From positions 310,001 to 374,000 of the forward strand of contig NGBS01000293.1 in NCBI GenBank assembly GCA_002245135.1: DNA of 64,000 nt, read 5' to 3'. This DNA comes from Proteromonas lacertae. Lineage: Eukaryota. The position numbers and the translations under genes were made by a program. The notes under the pieces were generated by a model. The model saw only the letters and a program-made list of their open reading frames with translations, had not been told where the DNA came from and made no database searches. Positions 24,849-39,330 of this stretch are shown piece after piece (the stretch's first letter is position 1; each line of letters begins with the position of its first letter).

Positions 24849-25417
24849 TTATCGACTTTTATTTAGTTCAGCATCTATTGCTCTTTCTATTGGATTCACT
24901 TTTATACAGTATAGTTCATATAAGATAAAGAATAAAATTAACTTGAAAGCCATTAAAATAATTGACATTCTATACAACATTTAATAAATATAAGATATAC
25001 ACCATGCCTGTTAAATCTGTGTCTAATGGGAAGTCTGAATCATCTTTTTTAAGGAAATATATAACAATATGAGGTATATCACATAAAGCACATAAAAAAG
25101 TAACCAGAGCTGAAGCTCTAATTTCATTTTTCCCACATAGTATTATGGCATAAGCTGCACCCAATGTGACAATAGTCTATTAAAAACGTTACAGAATGAT
25201 AAATACGTTGTAGGCTGGAGTGCCCATAAAAGTATCTGCACATGCTAGAGTCTATATTCGTAATTAGATTTTTATAAATTTTATATACAAATGACAAGAA
25301 TGACCAAAATATCCCTATTTTGCGCCATTTCTTCTTTTGCTGGAACAATTTTTCATGTACTGTAACAGCTTTTATTTCTTGATATTTTTTACCTTTTGCT
25401 GGCATTCGTAATGACAT
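24849..25417 (-). CDS. Small multi-pass membrane protein of unknown function
   Basis: Spliced ORF with hydrophobic segments IGIFWSFLSF, LGAAYAIILCG, ALVTFLCALCDIPHIVIYFL and MSIILMAFKLILFFILYELY. Confidence 0.55.
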
Positions 25418-25742
25418 AAAACAATAAAAAAAGATTGATAAAAAGTTTGGCTTGCCAGTGAGGCTTTGTTAATTAGACTTTTCATTCAGAATAAATATGG
25501 TGCAAAAATTTTGATTAAATTTTCAATTCATTTTATCTCCATATATAAAGAGAGATAGCAGGACTATTATCATATATCAAATAATTCAATGACATTTTGT
25601 CAAATAAGACAAATTTAACATTTATTCAACTAATTAACTGAATTAATAAATAACTTATATTTTTCATCATAATAAATATTAAAAAATAATAAAAATGAAA
25701 AGAATAGAATAGAATTAAAAAAAAAGAAAAGAAAAAAGAAAG

Positions 25743-25814
25743 TAGCATCTCTTGGTGTCGATCCAAGGACCTCTGGGTTATGGGCCCAGCACGCTTCCAC
25801 TGCGCCAAGATGCT
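25743..25814 (-). tRNA. tRNA-iMet: Initiator tRNA-Met (CAT)
   Basis: AGCATCTTGGCGCAGTGGAAGCGTGCTGGGCCCATAACCCAGAGGTCCTTGGATCGACACCAAGAGATGCTA (72 nt): A1:U72 pair, three G:C pairs in the anticodon stem, A54/A60 in the T-loop, followed by T-runs (Pol III terminator). Confidence 0.97.
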
Positions 25815-25866
25815 TCTATTATTTTTATCTAATTTAAGTTTATAAAGCTTACTAAGATCATTAAAA

Positions 25867-28577
25867 ATGAATTTTTCTACTGCAAAGCTCACAAATGTTA
25901 TTCATACAGTATATTTAATAATATTTAGACTAATTTGTTTAGATAAAATCAAAATTAAAGAAAGGTAATTGCTTTAATAAATATAAAGAAGAAGTGTATT
26001 GTTTTAACAAAGGAAAGTATATTAATTTAGTTTAATATGGTAGAATAACATCATATGAATTATTAGAAAGAATAACTCCTCTATTTAAAGGAAATGAAGA
26101 TCTTTTAAAAGAATTTAAAGATACTCTATATCCTTATGAAACAGAAGAACATCAAATGTATAACTAGTTTGTGTGTATTTTATGTAAATAGCGGAACGAC
26201 TGATGCTTGTGGCAACTCTGTTTATAAATGATGTTAAAGAAAGATATATATCTCAACCAGATGTTTATAACGCATTTAAAAATGCATTATATGATTATGA
26301 TGAGCATAAAATAGATATTGATCAACTCTATAATGCAGTATACCAAATTTGTTTTAATTTCAATAGATGAGTGAAATACTCAAAGATGCACCAGATTTAT
26401 TACATCAATTTAATATTTATTTACCATCAAACTACTATATAGATGAAAATCTGAAAAAGAATATTCAATTTCACACTCAACTGTACGATAAAGATGTGTT
26501 ATCTACTGAGATTGAAGGAGCTGATTTAGATAAAATAAATCAATTATTTAACATTTCCAAACAATCAGCTAATATTAGATTTGATGATGATCTTGAAGAT
26601 GATGATGATGAGGAGGATTATAGTGAAATTAGTTTAGCATATTCAGATTATATACTTACTAATACAAAAGGAAGGAAAAGAAGTTTCTCAGAGTTTATTA
26701 AATACCAAAATAATAAAATCAATAACAGTTCAATAATTAAATCAAATAGAGATAATAAAAATAAAAATAATAATAATAATAACAGCCAAAAGAAGCAGAA
26801 AATAATGCATCGTGATTTAAGTTTCTTTGAACATTGTAAAGGTGAATTATCAAATACAAGTTTCCATGAATTATTAACTTGTTTTGAAGATTATACAAAT
26901 GGAATTATTTCATTATATGATTTAGATTTCCTCATTACAAACATACTTTCAATAAATGAAACATTATTATCTGAATATAATAAAGTATTTGGAAAAAAAT
27001 TCCAATTAAATAAACTTGGAATAGAACCATATGAATATCAACCAAGTGTATTAATTGAAGGATTAGAAATCATTTCTAAAACACCATCTTATATTCAATT
27101 ACCTAGTAATTTTCCTTATCAATATAGTAGTTACTGCGATGAAAAATCAAATGTTATAAATTATAAATATATTTCTGTTCCTACTACATCTGCTTATAGA
27201 TCTTCATATAAGAATAAATATGAGCAAGTTTTAGCATTGTATGAAGATTATAAATATGAAATTGATATTGTGATTGAATGTTTGAGAAGTACAATAAATA
27301 AGTTGGAAGAATTAAAGGATATTGATAATAATAATATTATATTAGATAGTTTAACTGATATTCACTACAAAACAATTTCACGAGTTTATAAAGATGATGG
27401 AAATCACATCTTACAATTATTCAAAATACATCCAATACAGTGTATTCCTGTATTTCTGAAAGAATTGAAAGACAGTTTGAAACAATGGCTTTCAGATAGA
27501 GATGCATTTGATATATCATTCAGGAAACAATATGCAACCAATTATTTAAGAGCTTATGATCATTATAGTAATAAATTCATTCTACAAGATAGAAAAATAT
27601 TTATTAAGAAATTCGATTTACAGGAAATCAATGATTTCACTGATAAAGATGAAAATTGTGAATTAATAAGTAAGAATTCATATTCTTTATCGTTTTCAAA
27701 TGATAATACATTTAGGAATGATATATTTAAATTAGTTATTTTATCATTACAAACATCTCAATATAAATCTAAAATGAATGATTATGTAACGTTTTATAAC
27801 AATTTAATTAACTATTTATTTAATGAAAATATGATGAATCATAAGATCGTAGTTGGTAGTGTAATAAATACGAATATTGGAAGAGGGACAATTGAATATT
27901 ATAACCCATTTACTCATATTGTTGGAATTAATTATACTTATTGTATTTCACATACTCATATTGATGATGTTTTATCTCATCGTATATAAATAATTATTTA
28001 TTTAAATTTATAGTTGTTGTTGTTGATGATGATGATGATAATATTTTATCATACAAATATTGTGTAGAAGATGATATATATCAAATTATTTATTTATTAC
28101 ATGTGATAATGACAAGAATATACAAATATATTCCTTTATTATCTTATTGTAATGTTTATCAGGAATTCATCAAATTACTTCAGAATTTGATAGTAGATAG
28201 TGGTAATAACAATTATGATGCATTTGTACAATACTGTCTCTCTAAATTTGGCAATTACAGTTACGACTTGTTTGATATACAGAAGATTGTTTCTTATATT
28301 GAAAAACAGATTGTTATGATATTTAACTATGATAAAAGTCATACAGTATTCTTATTTATTAATATTTTATTTTACTTTATAGACTGTACTTCGTGATTTG
28401 TTTAGTCATGAGTATAATGTAAGAGAAAAAGAATGTTTAGGAAGATGTATCAAGCATTATACTAATTCCAATAAAACTTCTCTTGTTTATGTGAATATAT
28501 CACGCAATTCTGAAAAAATAGAGTTGAAATGTAGAAGAGTGTTTGTGAAGAGTAGAAATAGTCTAGATTCTCATTAA
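25867..28577 (+). CDS. SIN3: Sin3-like paired amphipathic helix corepressor
   Basis: PAH-like repeats (ITPLFKGNEDLLKEF; FINDVKERY...ILKDAPDLLHQFNIYLP) and HDAC-interaction domain TPSYIQLP...VINYKYISVPT...KNKYEQVLALYEDYKYEIDIVIE. Apparent +1 indel near 26155. Confidence 0.8.
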
Positions 28578-28866
28578 GTGATTAACTATTTTTGAATATT
28601 ATCTGTATTAATTTGGTGAGTGGCTTAAATAATATAAGGATAATTATAATAAACTACAGACTGTTTATGAAACACAACCATATAAAAAATTAAGAGTGTT
28701 TATAACATATATATACGATTATTTGCTTTATACTAGTATATATCATCTGTCTAGTGTGTCAGATACTCTAGTAAGTAACACCATGAAACACACTTCAATT
28801 TGTGTCATTTTGTTTCAAAAACCTAGGCGTTTCTTCAGATCTCTTCGATTTTTATCAAATTTTCTC

Positions 28867-29603
<737 letters not shown>

Positions 29604-29825
29604 AATCACTTTATAAAGAGTATAGAAGGATGAAATAGAAGAAATACAAATCAAAATTTTATCATTAATATATATTTTGTTAATTGTTTTGGATTTTGAA
29701 ATAAATTAAACTGAAAAGAAACATTCTTATTTTCATATTTTTCTTCATTATTGCTTTATATAAAAAACAAATGTATACAAAAGAATTAAAACTATTTATA
29801 CATTTACACAATAAAAAATATATTT

Positions 29826-32467
29826 CTAAAATAAATTATCTTTGTCTAAATCCAATTCATCACCTAGTCGTTTACTCTCCTTATTCTTCCTATAATCATA
29901 ACCATGCTTAGAAATTGCATGTTCAAATCTATTATACATACCATCAAAAGTATTTTTAACTAATTCATCAGATATTTTTAATTGATTAGCAAAATAGTGA
30001 AACTGCTCATCTGAATATTTTGGTTTTATAAATGTTTTTCTTTTATCTATTTTTTCTCCACTTTCATCATCATCATCATCATCATCTAATAAAGACATTT
30101 TATATTCTGAATATTGAATATGAACACTATTTAATATAATATATATATATATATACTAATATCTCATCATATTTTCTATATAACTCTCTAATATTCCTCT
30201 TGCTGTTGCTGTTTCATTCTAATTAAATAAATGATAATATATAATATACCATTATCATTACATCTTCATTTTCTTCATGTCTATTCAATATAAATGGATG
30301 TTTCAATAATTCTTCAATTGGAGGAATTTTATCTTCATCTTTATTCAAACATAATGATAAAAAATCAACAAATTCTTTACTGTATTCTTCCTCACTTAAT
30401 TCAGGCACTGTTTGATTCTGTATTCGATTTAATAATTTCCAATAACCACCATCTAAACTATAAGGATATATACCAGTAGCTAAAGTATAAAATGTTAAAC
30501 CAAATGACCAAATATCACTGCTATAACTATAACATTCTCCTTTTATTCGTTTAGGAGACATATATGCTAAAGTACCAATAAAAGTATCAGCTACACTTTG
30601 TGATTGAAGTGATTTACTTATTCCAAAATCTGAAATTTTTACATGGATATCTCCTGTGATTAAAATATTAGATGGTTTAATATCTCTGTGGATATGATGA
30701 TTATTGTGAATAAATTCTAAACCCTATTTCATATAATAAACAATATATATATATATATATATACCTTCAACACTTGATATGCTAAATTCGATAATATATC
30801 AACATCATTCATCCCCTGATAGCTATCAATTACATCTTGTAAATTACCGTTATTAATATATTCCATCACTATACAAGCCCTACTTCGAGCCTCATCATTG
30901 AATACATCATATAATGTAACAATATAAGGACATGGAATGTTTAATTTACAATTATCACTATTTAATGATGATAAACTAACTCTATTAAACTCTAAAGTAT
31001 TGAGTTCATTAACTAGTTGCTTTCTTTTCTCTTTTTCAGCAATTTCTACTACTTTCACTGCAACTAGTGTTAATGTGGGGATATGTATTGATTTATAGAC
31101 TTTACCACTGGCTCCTTTACCTAAGAACTCTAAACGAATGAAATCTTTCTTTTTGGTAGTTGATTTTTTATTCACTTTATTAAAATCTTCAATATCTTTG
31201 GGAATATTGTTTTTCTCTTGGTTTATTATAGCGTTTATATTAATAGATAAATCAAAAGGAGATGATGGATTAGAACTGCTATTATCACTGGTTTGTTTAG
31301 TAAGTGGTGTCTTTAATTTAAATGGATGAATTGCTGCAGGAGAACGAGGAGATGGATGTGAATTTATAACTACTGTATCTTCTTCATTATTATCATTGTC
31401 ATTATCGAATTCTTCTAACTTTACTTCATTTTTATTATTCATTTTTACTAGTGATAGAGATGGAGGTGGTGGAGGTGGTGGAGGTGGTGGAGGTGAAGAA
31501 GAATTAGATGAAATTGATGATGATGATGATGATGACGAAGATGGTAGTACTTTGTTGCTATTTGTATTACAATTTTTAGGTGATTTTAACTTCAACATTG
31601 GTATAGTTGGCTTTATACTACCTGCATTTGTATTTGTATTTGTATTGGAGTTAGTACTACTGAGTAAGGCTTTACTAACAACATTAAAACTAACAGGAGT
31701 AACTGGTGTAACAGGTGGCAATGGTGTAACTGAACCAGATGGCGAAGATTTTAAATTTTTGTGAGATTTGGCGAAATGAGATGTGATTTTAGGTGAAGGT
31801 TGGGGTAATGATTCTAATTTAAAACTTGGACTAGCCAAAACAAGCATTAGTTCGAGGAGAACCATAATTTGTGTTAATTGTAAGTCCAGCAGCACTATTA
31901 CTTCGTTCTAATGGTGTCCTTTTACTAACATCTGATTGTGAGAGGGGTGTACAACATTGATCCTTCTTCAATGGGGTTAAATGATGAACTTTTACTGTAA
32001 TTCCACTATCTGAGGTATTTCTTCTGTGATGTGGCTTTGATTCAGTAAATTCAAAGTTAATTTGCTTTACTGGGCTTGATGAAGGGGAGTATGTGCTCAT
32101 TGGATCTATTGTTTGTTTTACAGCATTTACTCTATACACATTATATTATTAGAAAACAGAAATAATACTTTGGGAATGTTAGAGGAGTTGGATTGCTATC
32201 AAGGGAGTTTATTGGTTTTAAATGTGGCTTAACAATTAGAATAAAATATATACTGTGCTAAGTGGAGGTTTAGTATAACAATTTCGTTGGTCTTTGAACG
32301 GTCTATTGGATATAAAGGAATTTAGCTTATACGTTGAAAAATGAATTTCTCTATCTGATGATGCTATTATTATAAGCATATTAATATGATATACTTTTAA
32401 TAATTTCCGATTTTGATGTGTTTAGCTAGATTAATAAATAAAGTAAGTATACTTTAGTCCCTGTCAT
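29826..32467 (-). CDS. MAP kinase kinase (STE7 family) with long S/P-rich N-terminal extension
   Basis: LGKGASGKV, VAVK, HRDIKPSN, DFGISKSLQSQSVADTFIGTLAYMSPKRI...YSYSSDIWSFG. Five short 5' exons splice in frame from ATG 32467. Apparent +1 indel near 31845. Confidence 0.88.
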
Positions 32468-32758
32468 CGACCATGAGTTTTCCAAGGGCTTACTTGGAAA
32501 ATTAAAATGGTCCATTAATTTATTTAGCTGCTCAACAATAAGATAATTAAGTTTTAAAAAACACTAAAAGTTTGAGGATTTGCTTGATTTATTTCTTTTT
32601 TATTCTTTTTCCACATTTGTAAACTATTTTTAAAACATATAATGTTTTAATTCAATTTCAACCGGTATTTTTCTATAAAGACAACCAATAAAAATCTATA
32701 AAAATAGGAACATTTATTATATTAGGTTTAAAAACTAAATTCATTACGACATGTAAAA

Positions 32759-34299
32759 TCAATTATTGTTATTCCATATAAAGGATGAAAATTGATTATT
32801 ATTATCAGATATTAAATTATCTAAATAACTAGAATCTCCTGGTCCTTTTAAATTAGGTATAAATCTATAAATTATATAATATATAACTATACGGAGGTGT
32901 TTGCTTATGAATATTATCCCAATCTATTGATGAAAAGAATGAATGAGTTTTAATCTCTTCAAATGTCTTCAATCTTTTATTATAATTCTTTAATAGTAAT
33001 TTATTGATTAAATCTTTCACAGTACTACTTATAGATATTGATTTTGGATAGTCTAATTTACTATCACTTATTTTCTTGTATAACTTTTGATGTCTTTCTT
33101 TTCTTTCCTCTTCTGTCTCTTGTTCTTGTTCCTGTTCTTCACTATTATTATTATGTCTATAATGTAGTTGTTGAGAATTTTGAGAATCTTGTGAATTATT
33201 CCTTTTATTATCATTATTATTGGCATTACCATTACATTCATTAGTAAAAGGCACAATATTTGTAAATAATTCAAACAATAAACAACCAAAAGCCCAGTAA
33301 TCTATAGATTTACCATCACAGGGTATTCTTTGTATTAATTCAGGTGATAAGTATGGCTTAGTACCATGCATCTTATAGGTATATTTATTATTAAATAATT
33401 CCGTTGATAATCCAAAATCACATAATCGAACATGACCATCTACTCCAAAGAGGATATTTTCTGTTTTTAAATCTTTATAAACATACCCTTGTTCATGTAT
33501 AAAATTAATAGCTATTAAAATTTCTGATGAATAAAATCTAATGAAATCTTCGCTTAACGGATTGTTATTTCTTAAATATTCCAACATATTTCCACCAATA
33601 CCTAATTCCATTAATATACATGTGGAATTATTTTCATTTCTGGGATTATCTATCTTTTTTTCTTCATTTAATGGTAAATCACTATTGTAAATAAATGATA
33701 TTATAAATGGATGAATTAACTTAGAGTGAATACGAATTTCATTTATAATTAACGACATATTGGTTTCTTTATCTATATCTGTGTAATATTTTAACTTCTT
33801 AAGTGCAAAATAATACTGTGGACAATCTTTTATATATAATAGGTATATATCTCCAAAACCACCATGAGCAATTTTCTTAACTATTACGAATTTCTTCAAG
33901 TCAAATTTACCTGTGAATAGTATATCTCTGGAATTTAAAATCCATTTGTTCTTATCTTCTACTGGTATAAAATACTTCATTGTTCCATCTAATAAATACC
34001 TTGTAGTATAGGATAATCCACGTTCTATATATTTTAAATTAGATATAATATATACGTCTAACTTCATCATTTTTACATGATACACCACTAACTACAACAG
34101 AATTCGAGACAGGTCTATATCGAGGTGTCTCTGTCTTTGTTTCAGGTGATCTAGGTGAACAAGTACCATAGTTTTGTTGGCAACTCGTATTTACACAAAT
34201 ATCGTTAAAATTATTATTATTCACCCCATGAGGTGATGTATATATCGGTTTAGAGAATGACTCTCCGTACTCTTCCTGCTGCGAACAGTTACAACCCAT
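32759..34299 (-). CDS. AGC-family Ser/Thr kinase with N-terminal acylation motif
   Basis: MGCNCS start; HGGFG, FALKK, YKDLKTENIL, LCDFGLS, GTKPYLSPE, DYWAFG and the AGC tail FFSSIDW...PP|FIPNLKGPGDS. Confidence 0.88.
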
Positions 34300-34432
34300 A
34301 ACTGAAAAATGAAAAAAATGACGAAAAACAATCAAAAAAATATTCGTTATGAAAAAGTTGGACTTGGTTGCTCGAAAACTATTTTTCAAACACCATTAAT
34401 ATTCATTTTGCATTTTTCTTGTTTTCTTCATA

Positions 34433-37400
34433 ATGAACTGGTCACCAAATCAAGAATTATTGAAAGAATGTCTTCAAATCATCACAGAAGCTCAGTCAGG
34501 TAGTATTGAGTATCAGGAAAAGTCTGTAAATGTATTATTCTCATTAATATTCCTAATATAGTGGTTAAATGCATTTAGTCAAAATCCAGAATCTATCATA
34601 TATTATTCGTTTTTATTTGCTTGTGTAAATGATGTGTCAGTAAATGTAAGAGCAGCAGCTGGTATTCTACTAAAAAGTGTTGCAAAGCATGTTGGTTCAT
34701 TAACTGATGAACAAAAGAGTGTAGTTTGTGAAAGTCTATATCAAACAATGCATGATCCAACTGTATTAATAAGAAATAACTCAACATCCGCTATTCCCAC
34801 AATTGTACCATATTTATCTGAAGAAATGTATCAACGATTATTAATCCAAACAATCAACGGATTAGATTCAACAGATAACAACTTGTTAGATGGTTGTTTA
34901 AAATGTCTATATAAATTATTAGAAGATCTACCAGAAAGTTTAGATCCAAAAATAAACTCTCCATTACCTCAACTAGTTCAAAAATGGCTTTATTTCATCA
35001 ATAACAGTGATAATTTATCATTTAAAAAAATCTCAATTTTGTCAATGGAAATTTTATTAGAACAATGCAATCCACACTTAGAACCACATATAATCGATTA
35101 TCTTACAGTATATCTATTTATATAATAAAAATATAGTCGTTATGTAAATTAGCCAATAATACTGATTCATCAATTCAAGCTTTAGTTTGTAATAATATCA
35201 ACGAAATGTTATTTAATTATCCACAAATGATAGAATCTTATATACCAGAGTTAATCCAATATATGTTGGAAATAATGACAAAAGGTGATGATGATGATAT
35301 GATAGTGAAAATTAGATCAACAGAATTCTTCGATACATTTTGTCAAATATGTAATGAAATCAATAGAATGGATTTATTACCACCTCTTTTCAATAAACTG
35401 CTACCAATTTTACTACAGAATATGATATTAACGAATGATAATACTTTGTTATTAAGATGTAATGAAGATTGTACAATTCCAGATAAATTAGAAGATTTAA
35501 AGCCGAAATTTAAAGATTATTTTAATGAAAGTAATAAATCTGGTGAACAAACGGAAGATGATATTTCCACTGAATGGAATTTGAGAACAGTAAGTGCTTC
35601 TACATTAGATGAATTGAGTAATGTTTATAGTGATTTGATATTATATGAATATATACCTTTATTTGAAGTATATAATATATATATATAACATTTGTTTTTC
35701 ATTTGTTTTATTTATTTTATTTTTAATATATTTATTTATATAGACTACAGTGAAAAGTGAAGATCCTCTAACAAAAGAATTAGGAATTCTCTCACTTGGT
35801 ACAATTGCAATTGGATGTGGAGGAATGCAAGAATATATGATGAAAATATTTCCCTATTTAATAAACTGTATGAAAACAAACAATCATCCAGCTGTTAGAT
35901 CCATTAGTTATTGGACAATTAGTCGTTACATTGGTTATATAGTAAAAGATATAGAAAGACAGCAAGAAGAAATGAGTGGAGATAATTCATCAACACAATT
36001 ATTACAATCAATAATTGAAGAAATATTAATAGGGATAAATGATAAGAATAAACTAGTTGAAGATTATGCTTGTTCAAGCTTGTCAGAAATAATAGAAATT
36101 GCTGATGTATTGATATTGCCATATATGGATAAAATAATATCATATTCAACTCAAGCCTACAAGTTTTATCAAGTATGAAACGAATATATTTTTATTTATA
36201 ATTTAAAAATAGTTAAAGAATCTTCGTAATTTATTAGATGTTACTTCAACAAGTTGCAGATTAATGTATTATAATCAAATTAATAATAAAGATTATTTTA
36301 ATGAAATAATCAATCAAATTTATCCACTCTTCAAAAATGATAGAAATATTGATAATAACACATTTGCATTGATTTTAAGTTCATTATCTGATATTATTTT
36401 AGTATATATATATATTTATTTATTTATATTATTAAATAGTGTTTTGGCATTAATTTCCAAGAATTTGCTAGTGAAATATACCAAAAATGTCTTGTCTGTA
36501 TAGAAAAGTATATAAATGAAGAAAAACTCATCATCAATAATAATAATAATGTTTCAAATGAATATTTAGATATTTATATAAGTGCAATCTCTGTAATTGG
36601 ATCACTTATTTCCTCACTAGAAGTTGGAATGTTACAATTATTAACTCCTAGTAATTTAGATCAATTTATATTGAATAATATTATCAACACTGATATTAGT
36701 AATAATAATAATGGTTTATATATTGTTAAAGTAAGTATTGGATTACTTGGTGATATTGTAGCACACTGTTATAGTTATATAGTGAATATTATACCTCAAG
36801 TGATGAATAGAATCATTGAATTTATTAGAGTTGATTATTTAGAAAAATTATATTTTAGTATTAGCAATAACTCAATTTGGGTGATTAGTGAATTGATTTT
36901 GAAGTATAAAGAACAGTTTTATCCTTATATATCCTTTTTAAATATATTATATTTTTTATTTTTCTTTAATTTTATTGTAAATTGAACCTACTATGATGGC
37001 ATTCAAAGGAATAATTCAACATTATAAAGAAAATACTCAATACAAATTCCCAGAAAGAGAGTTGATCTATCAGAATTTAATGATTGCTGTTGGTAGAATG
37101 TGTATTATCTGTCCAACACAAGAAATGAGTAATTTAATTGTTCAATCGGATTATATTAATTTTTGGTATGTCAATTGTGAAATGATTCGTGATGGCTTAG
37201 AGAAAGATCATTGCTGTTTAGGTATATGTCTGTTGTTACAGAATAATTTGAATGATACTACTACAGCTGCTTCTGATAAACCTAAAATGATTATTGGATA
37301 TTTTCCTACAGTATTGTTATGGTATGGCTTCTTGGTATATTCTATTCTCACTATATTTTCTTATTTATTCAAAATAGGATGGAACCACCTCAAGATCCAT

Positions 37401-37528
37401 TAAGACAAATAGCTATTGGATTATTTAATGCTGTTAAAACCATTCAAGGTAATAATTGGATGAAATTTTATAACGAAAGTATCAACGAAGAGATTAGAAA
37501 ACATTTAAATAAAATTTATGGAATATAA
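34433..37528 (+). CDS. TNPO1: Transportin-1 / karyopherin beta-2
   Basis: MNWSPNQE start, VRAAAGILLK, IPDKLEDLKPKF, EWNLRTVSASTLDELSNVY, VRSISYWTISRY, SNNSIWVISEL; HEAT repeats over about 8 exons. Confidence 0.9.
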
Positions 37529-37544
37529 AATAGCTTGTATAAAC

Positions 37545-37552
37545 TGTTTGTT
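37545..37552 (+). promoter_or_regulatory. TGTTTGTT 3'-end processing element downstream of TNPO1
   Basis: Exact TGTTTGTT starting 17 nt after the TAA; this octamer is the known Blastocystis polyadenylation-associated motif. Confidence 0.5.
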
Positions 37553-37650
37553 CTTGATAAAAACAAAAATCATTAAATTACATGTAAATGACTGAATGAC
37601 CGTCAATACATTAACGTACCCAATCTATTTCATCTTTTTTATAGACTAGA

Positions 37651-39232
37651 ATGAGAAGATTATTTATTTTTATAACATCAATACTTGCTGTGGCCCTAGC
37701 TTGTGAAAATTACTGTAATGGACATGGTACTTGTGGAGCAGATGATCGATGTATGTGTTATCCAGGCTGGGGTGGTGCAGATTGTAATCAAAGTATTTCA
37801 TCTGAATTTATAAAATTTAATAGGAGCTTGTCCTTATCGTGAGGCTTTTGTTGATGTAATGTTGGGAGATTTAAGTCATAATGGTCAAGTAGATAGTGAA
37901 TTTGTCTTAACAGAATGGACACCAATACAAGGTTATGAAGAAAGTCAAGAACAAACAGTAAAAACAACACAACGTGTACATCGTTATGCTGAATGTTCAA
38001 ATGCTGGTATATGTGATAGAACACTCGGAGAATGCAAATGTTTCGATGGATTTGAAGGTTCAGCTTGTCATCGAAGATATTGTCCTACAGCCGTAACTGG
38101 TGCTATTTGTAGTGGTCATGGTGAATGCTTAAGTTCACAACAACATATATATGACTTAGGTCAAACAGTGAAGTATACTGGTTGGGAATTAGAGAAATTC
38201 TATAAATGTAAGTGTGATGATGGTTGGGAAGGTATTGATTGTAATATGAGAAGTTGTCCTAAAGGATTAGATCCAGTAGTAAGCAGTCCTTTACCTATGT
38301 TTTATCAATTTTATATTGAAACGAGAAATTTTGGAATAGATGGAGGTAAAACTGATACTCATGAATTAGAATGTCCTACTTCTGCAAAGAATTGTGTTTT
38401 AAAATCAGCTGCAAGTGGTGGTTCTGCTAATCCTACACCTACACCCCTTAATACACTTACAGTAGATCAAAGAGTATCCTATGTTGAAACTTATCGATTA
38501 AAATATACTGATGGAAATGGAATTGTTTATTATTCACCAACTATTAAAGGAAGACCAGGAGAATGTCCAAAACACACACCTATTACTGGTGATAATAAAG
38601 GATTGGGAGACGCTACTGTACTAGCTAATATTGAGAGTTCTGTATCAAGTGAATATCAAGAAGAAATTAAAAGAGCAATTAAGAAAATACCACCATTATT
38701 CCAAAGTAATGTAACTGTAGAATGCGTACAATTAAAGAAAGGAGCTGATTCTCTTACTACTCCTGAAAAGTTGATAGTAGATACAGAAAAGAATAAAGAA
38801 GCAAAAGTAAAAGATAAAGATAATAATGATCTTACTTCATATCCTAATAGTTTATTTGTTATTACAACTGGTGGAGAAGCACCAACTAATGCTGATAATG
38901 CACCTCAAGCGACATCTGCTTATGCAATTTCCGTTCAAGTTCAATTAGAATATGGTGATTTATCAGATTATGGTGTATCTAAATTAGATATTGAAGAAGT
39001 TATGGTTAAATCAACAGATGGTACAACTCCAACAACAACAAAAAGTAGTTTAGTTCAAGAAGCATATAAACAATCATCTACATCCATAACATCAATCTGT
39101 AGTAGTCGTGGTTTATGTAATTATAATTCAGGTGAATGTCAGTGTTTTACAGGTTATTATGGTATGTCATGTGAGAAACAAAGAGCAATTTCAGGATTAG
39201 CAACAACAAACACAGCAACTGTATCTGCATAA
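37651..39232 (+). CDS. Secreted EGF-repeat tubular mastigoneme-family protein (MAS/Sig1/Ocm1-like)
   Basis: Signal peptide [17 protein letters not shown], then [72 protein letters not shown], a long Cys-poor middle and a terminal [27 protein letters not shown]. One intron. Confidence 0.78.
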
Positions 39233-39249
39233 ATACACAACATATATAT

Positions 39250-39280
39250 TATATTATTATTATTATTATTATTATTATTA
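39250..39280. repeat. (ATT)n microsatellite between the convergent mastigoneme-like and APC10 genes
   Basis: Run of attattatt... just 3' of the 39232 stop. Confidence 0.8.
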
Positions 39281-39330
39281 GTTTTGTTTTATTACATATT
39301 GGGTTATAGAAATATGATAATTAACAAGAA

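Noticed and set aside
25626..25892. 88-aa minus-strand ORF
   Set aside because: It overlaps the tRNA-iMet and the start of Sin3, so it is spurious.
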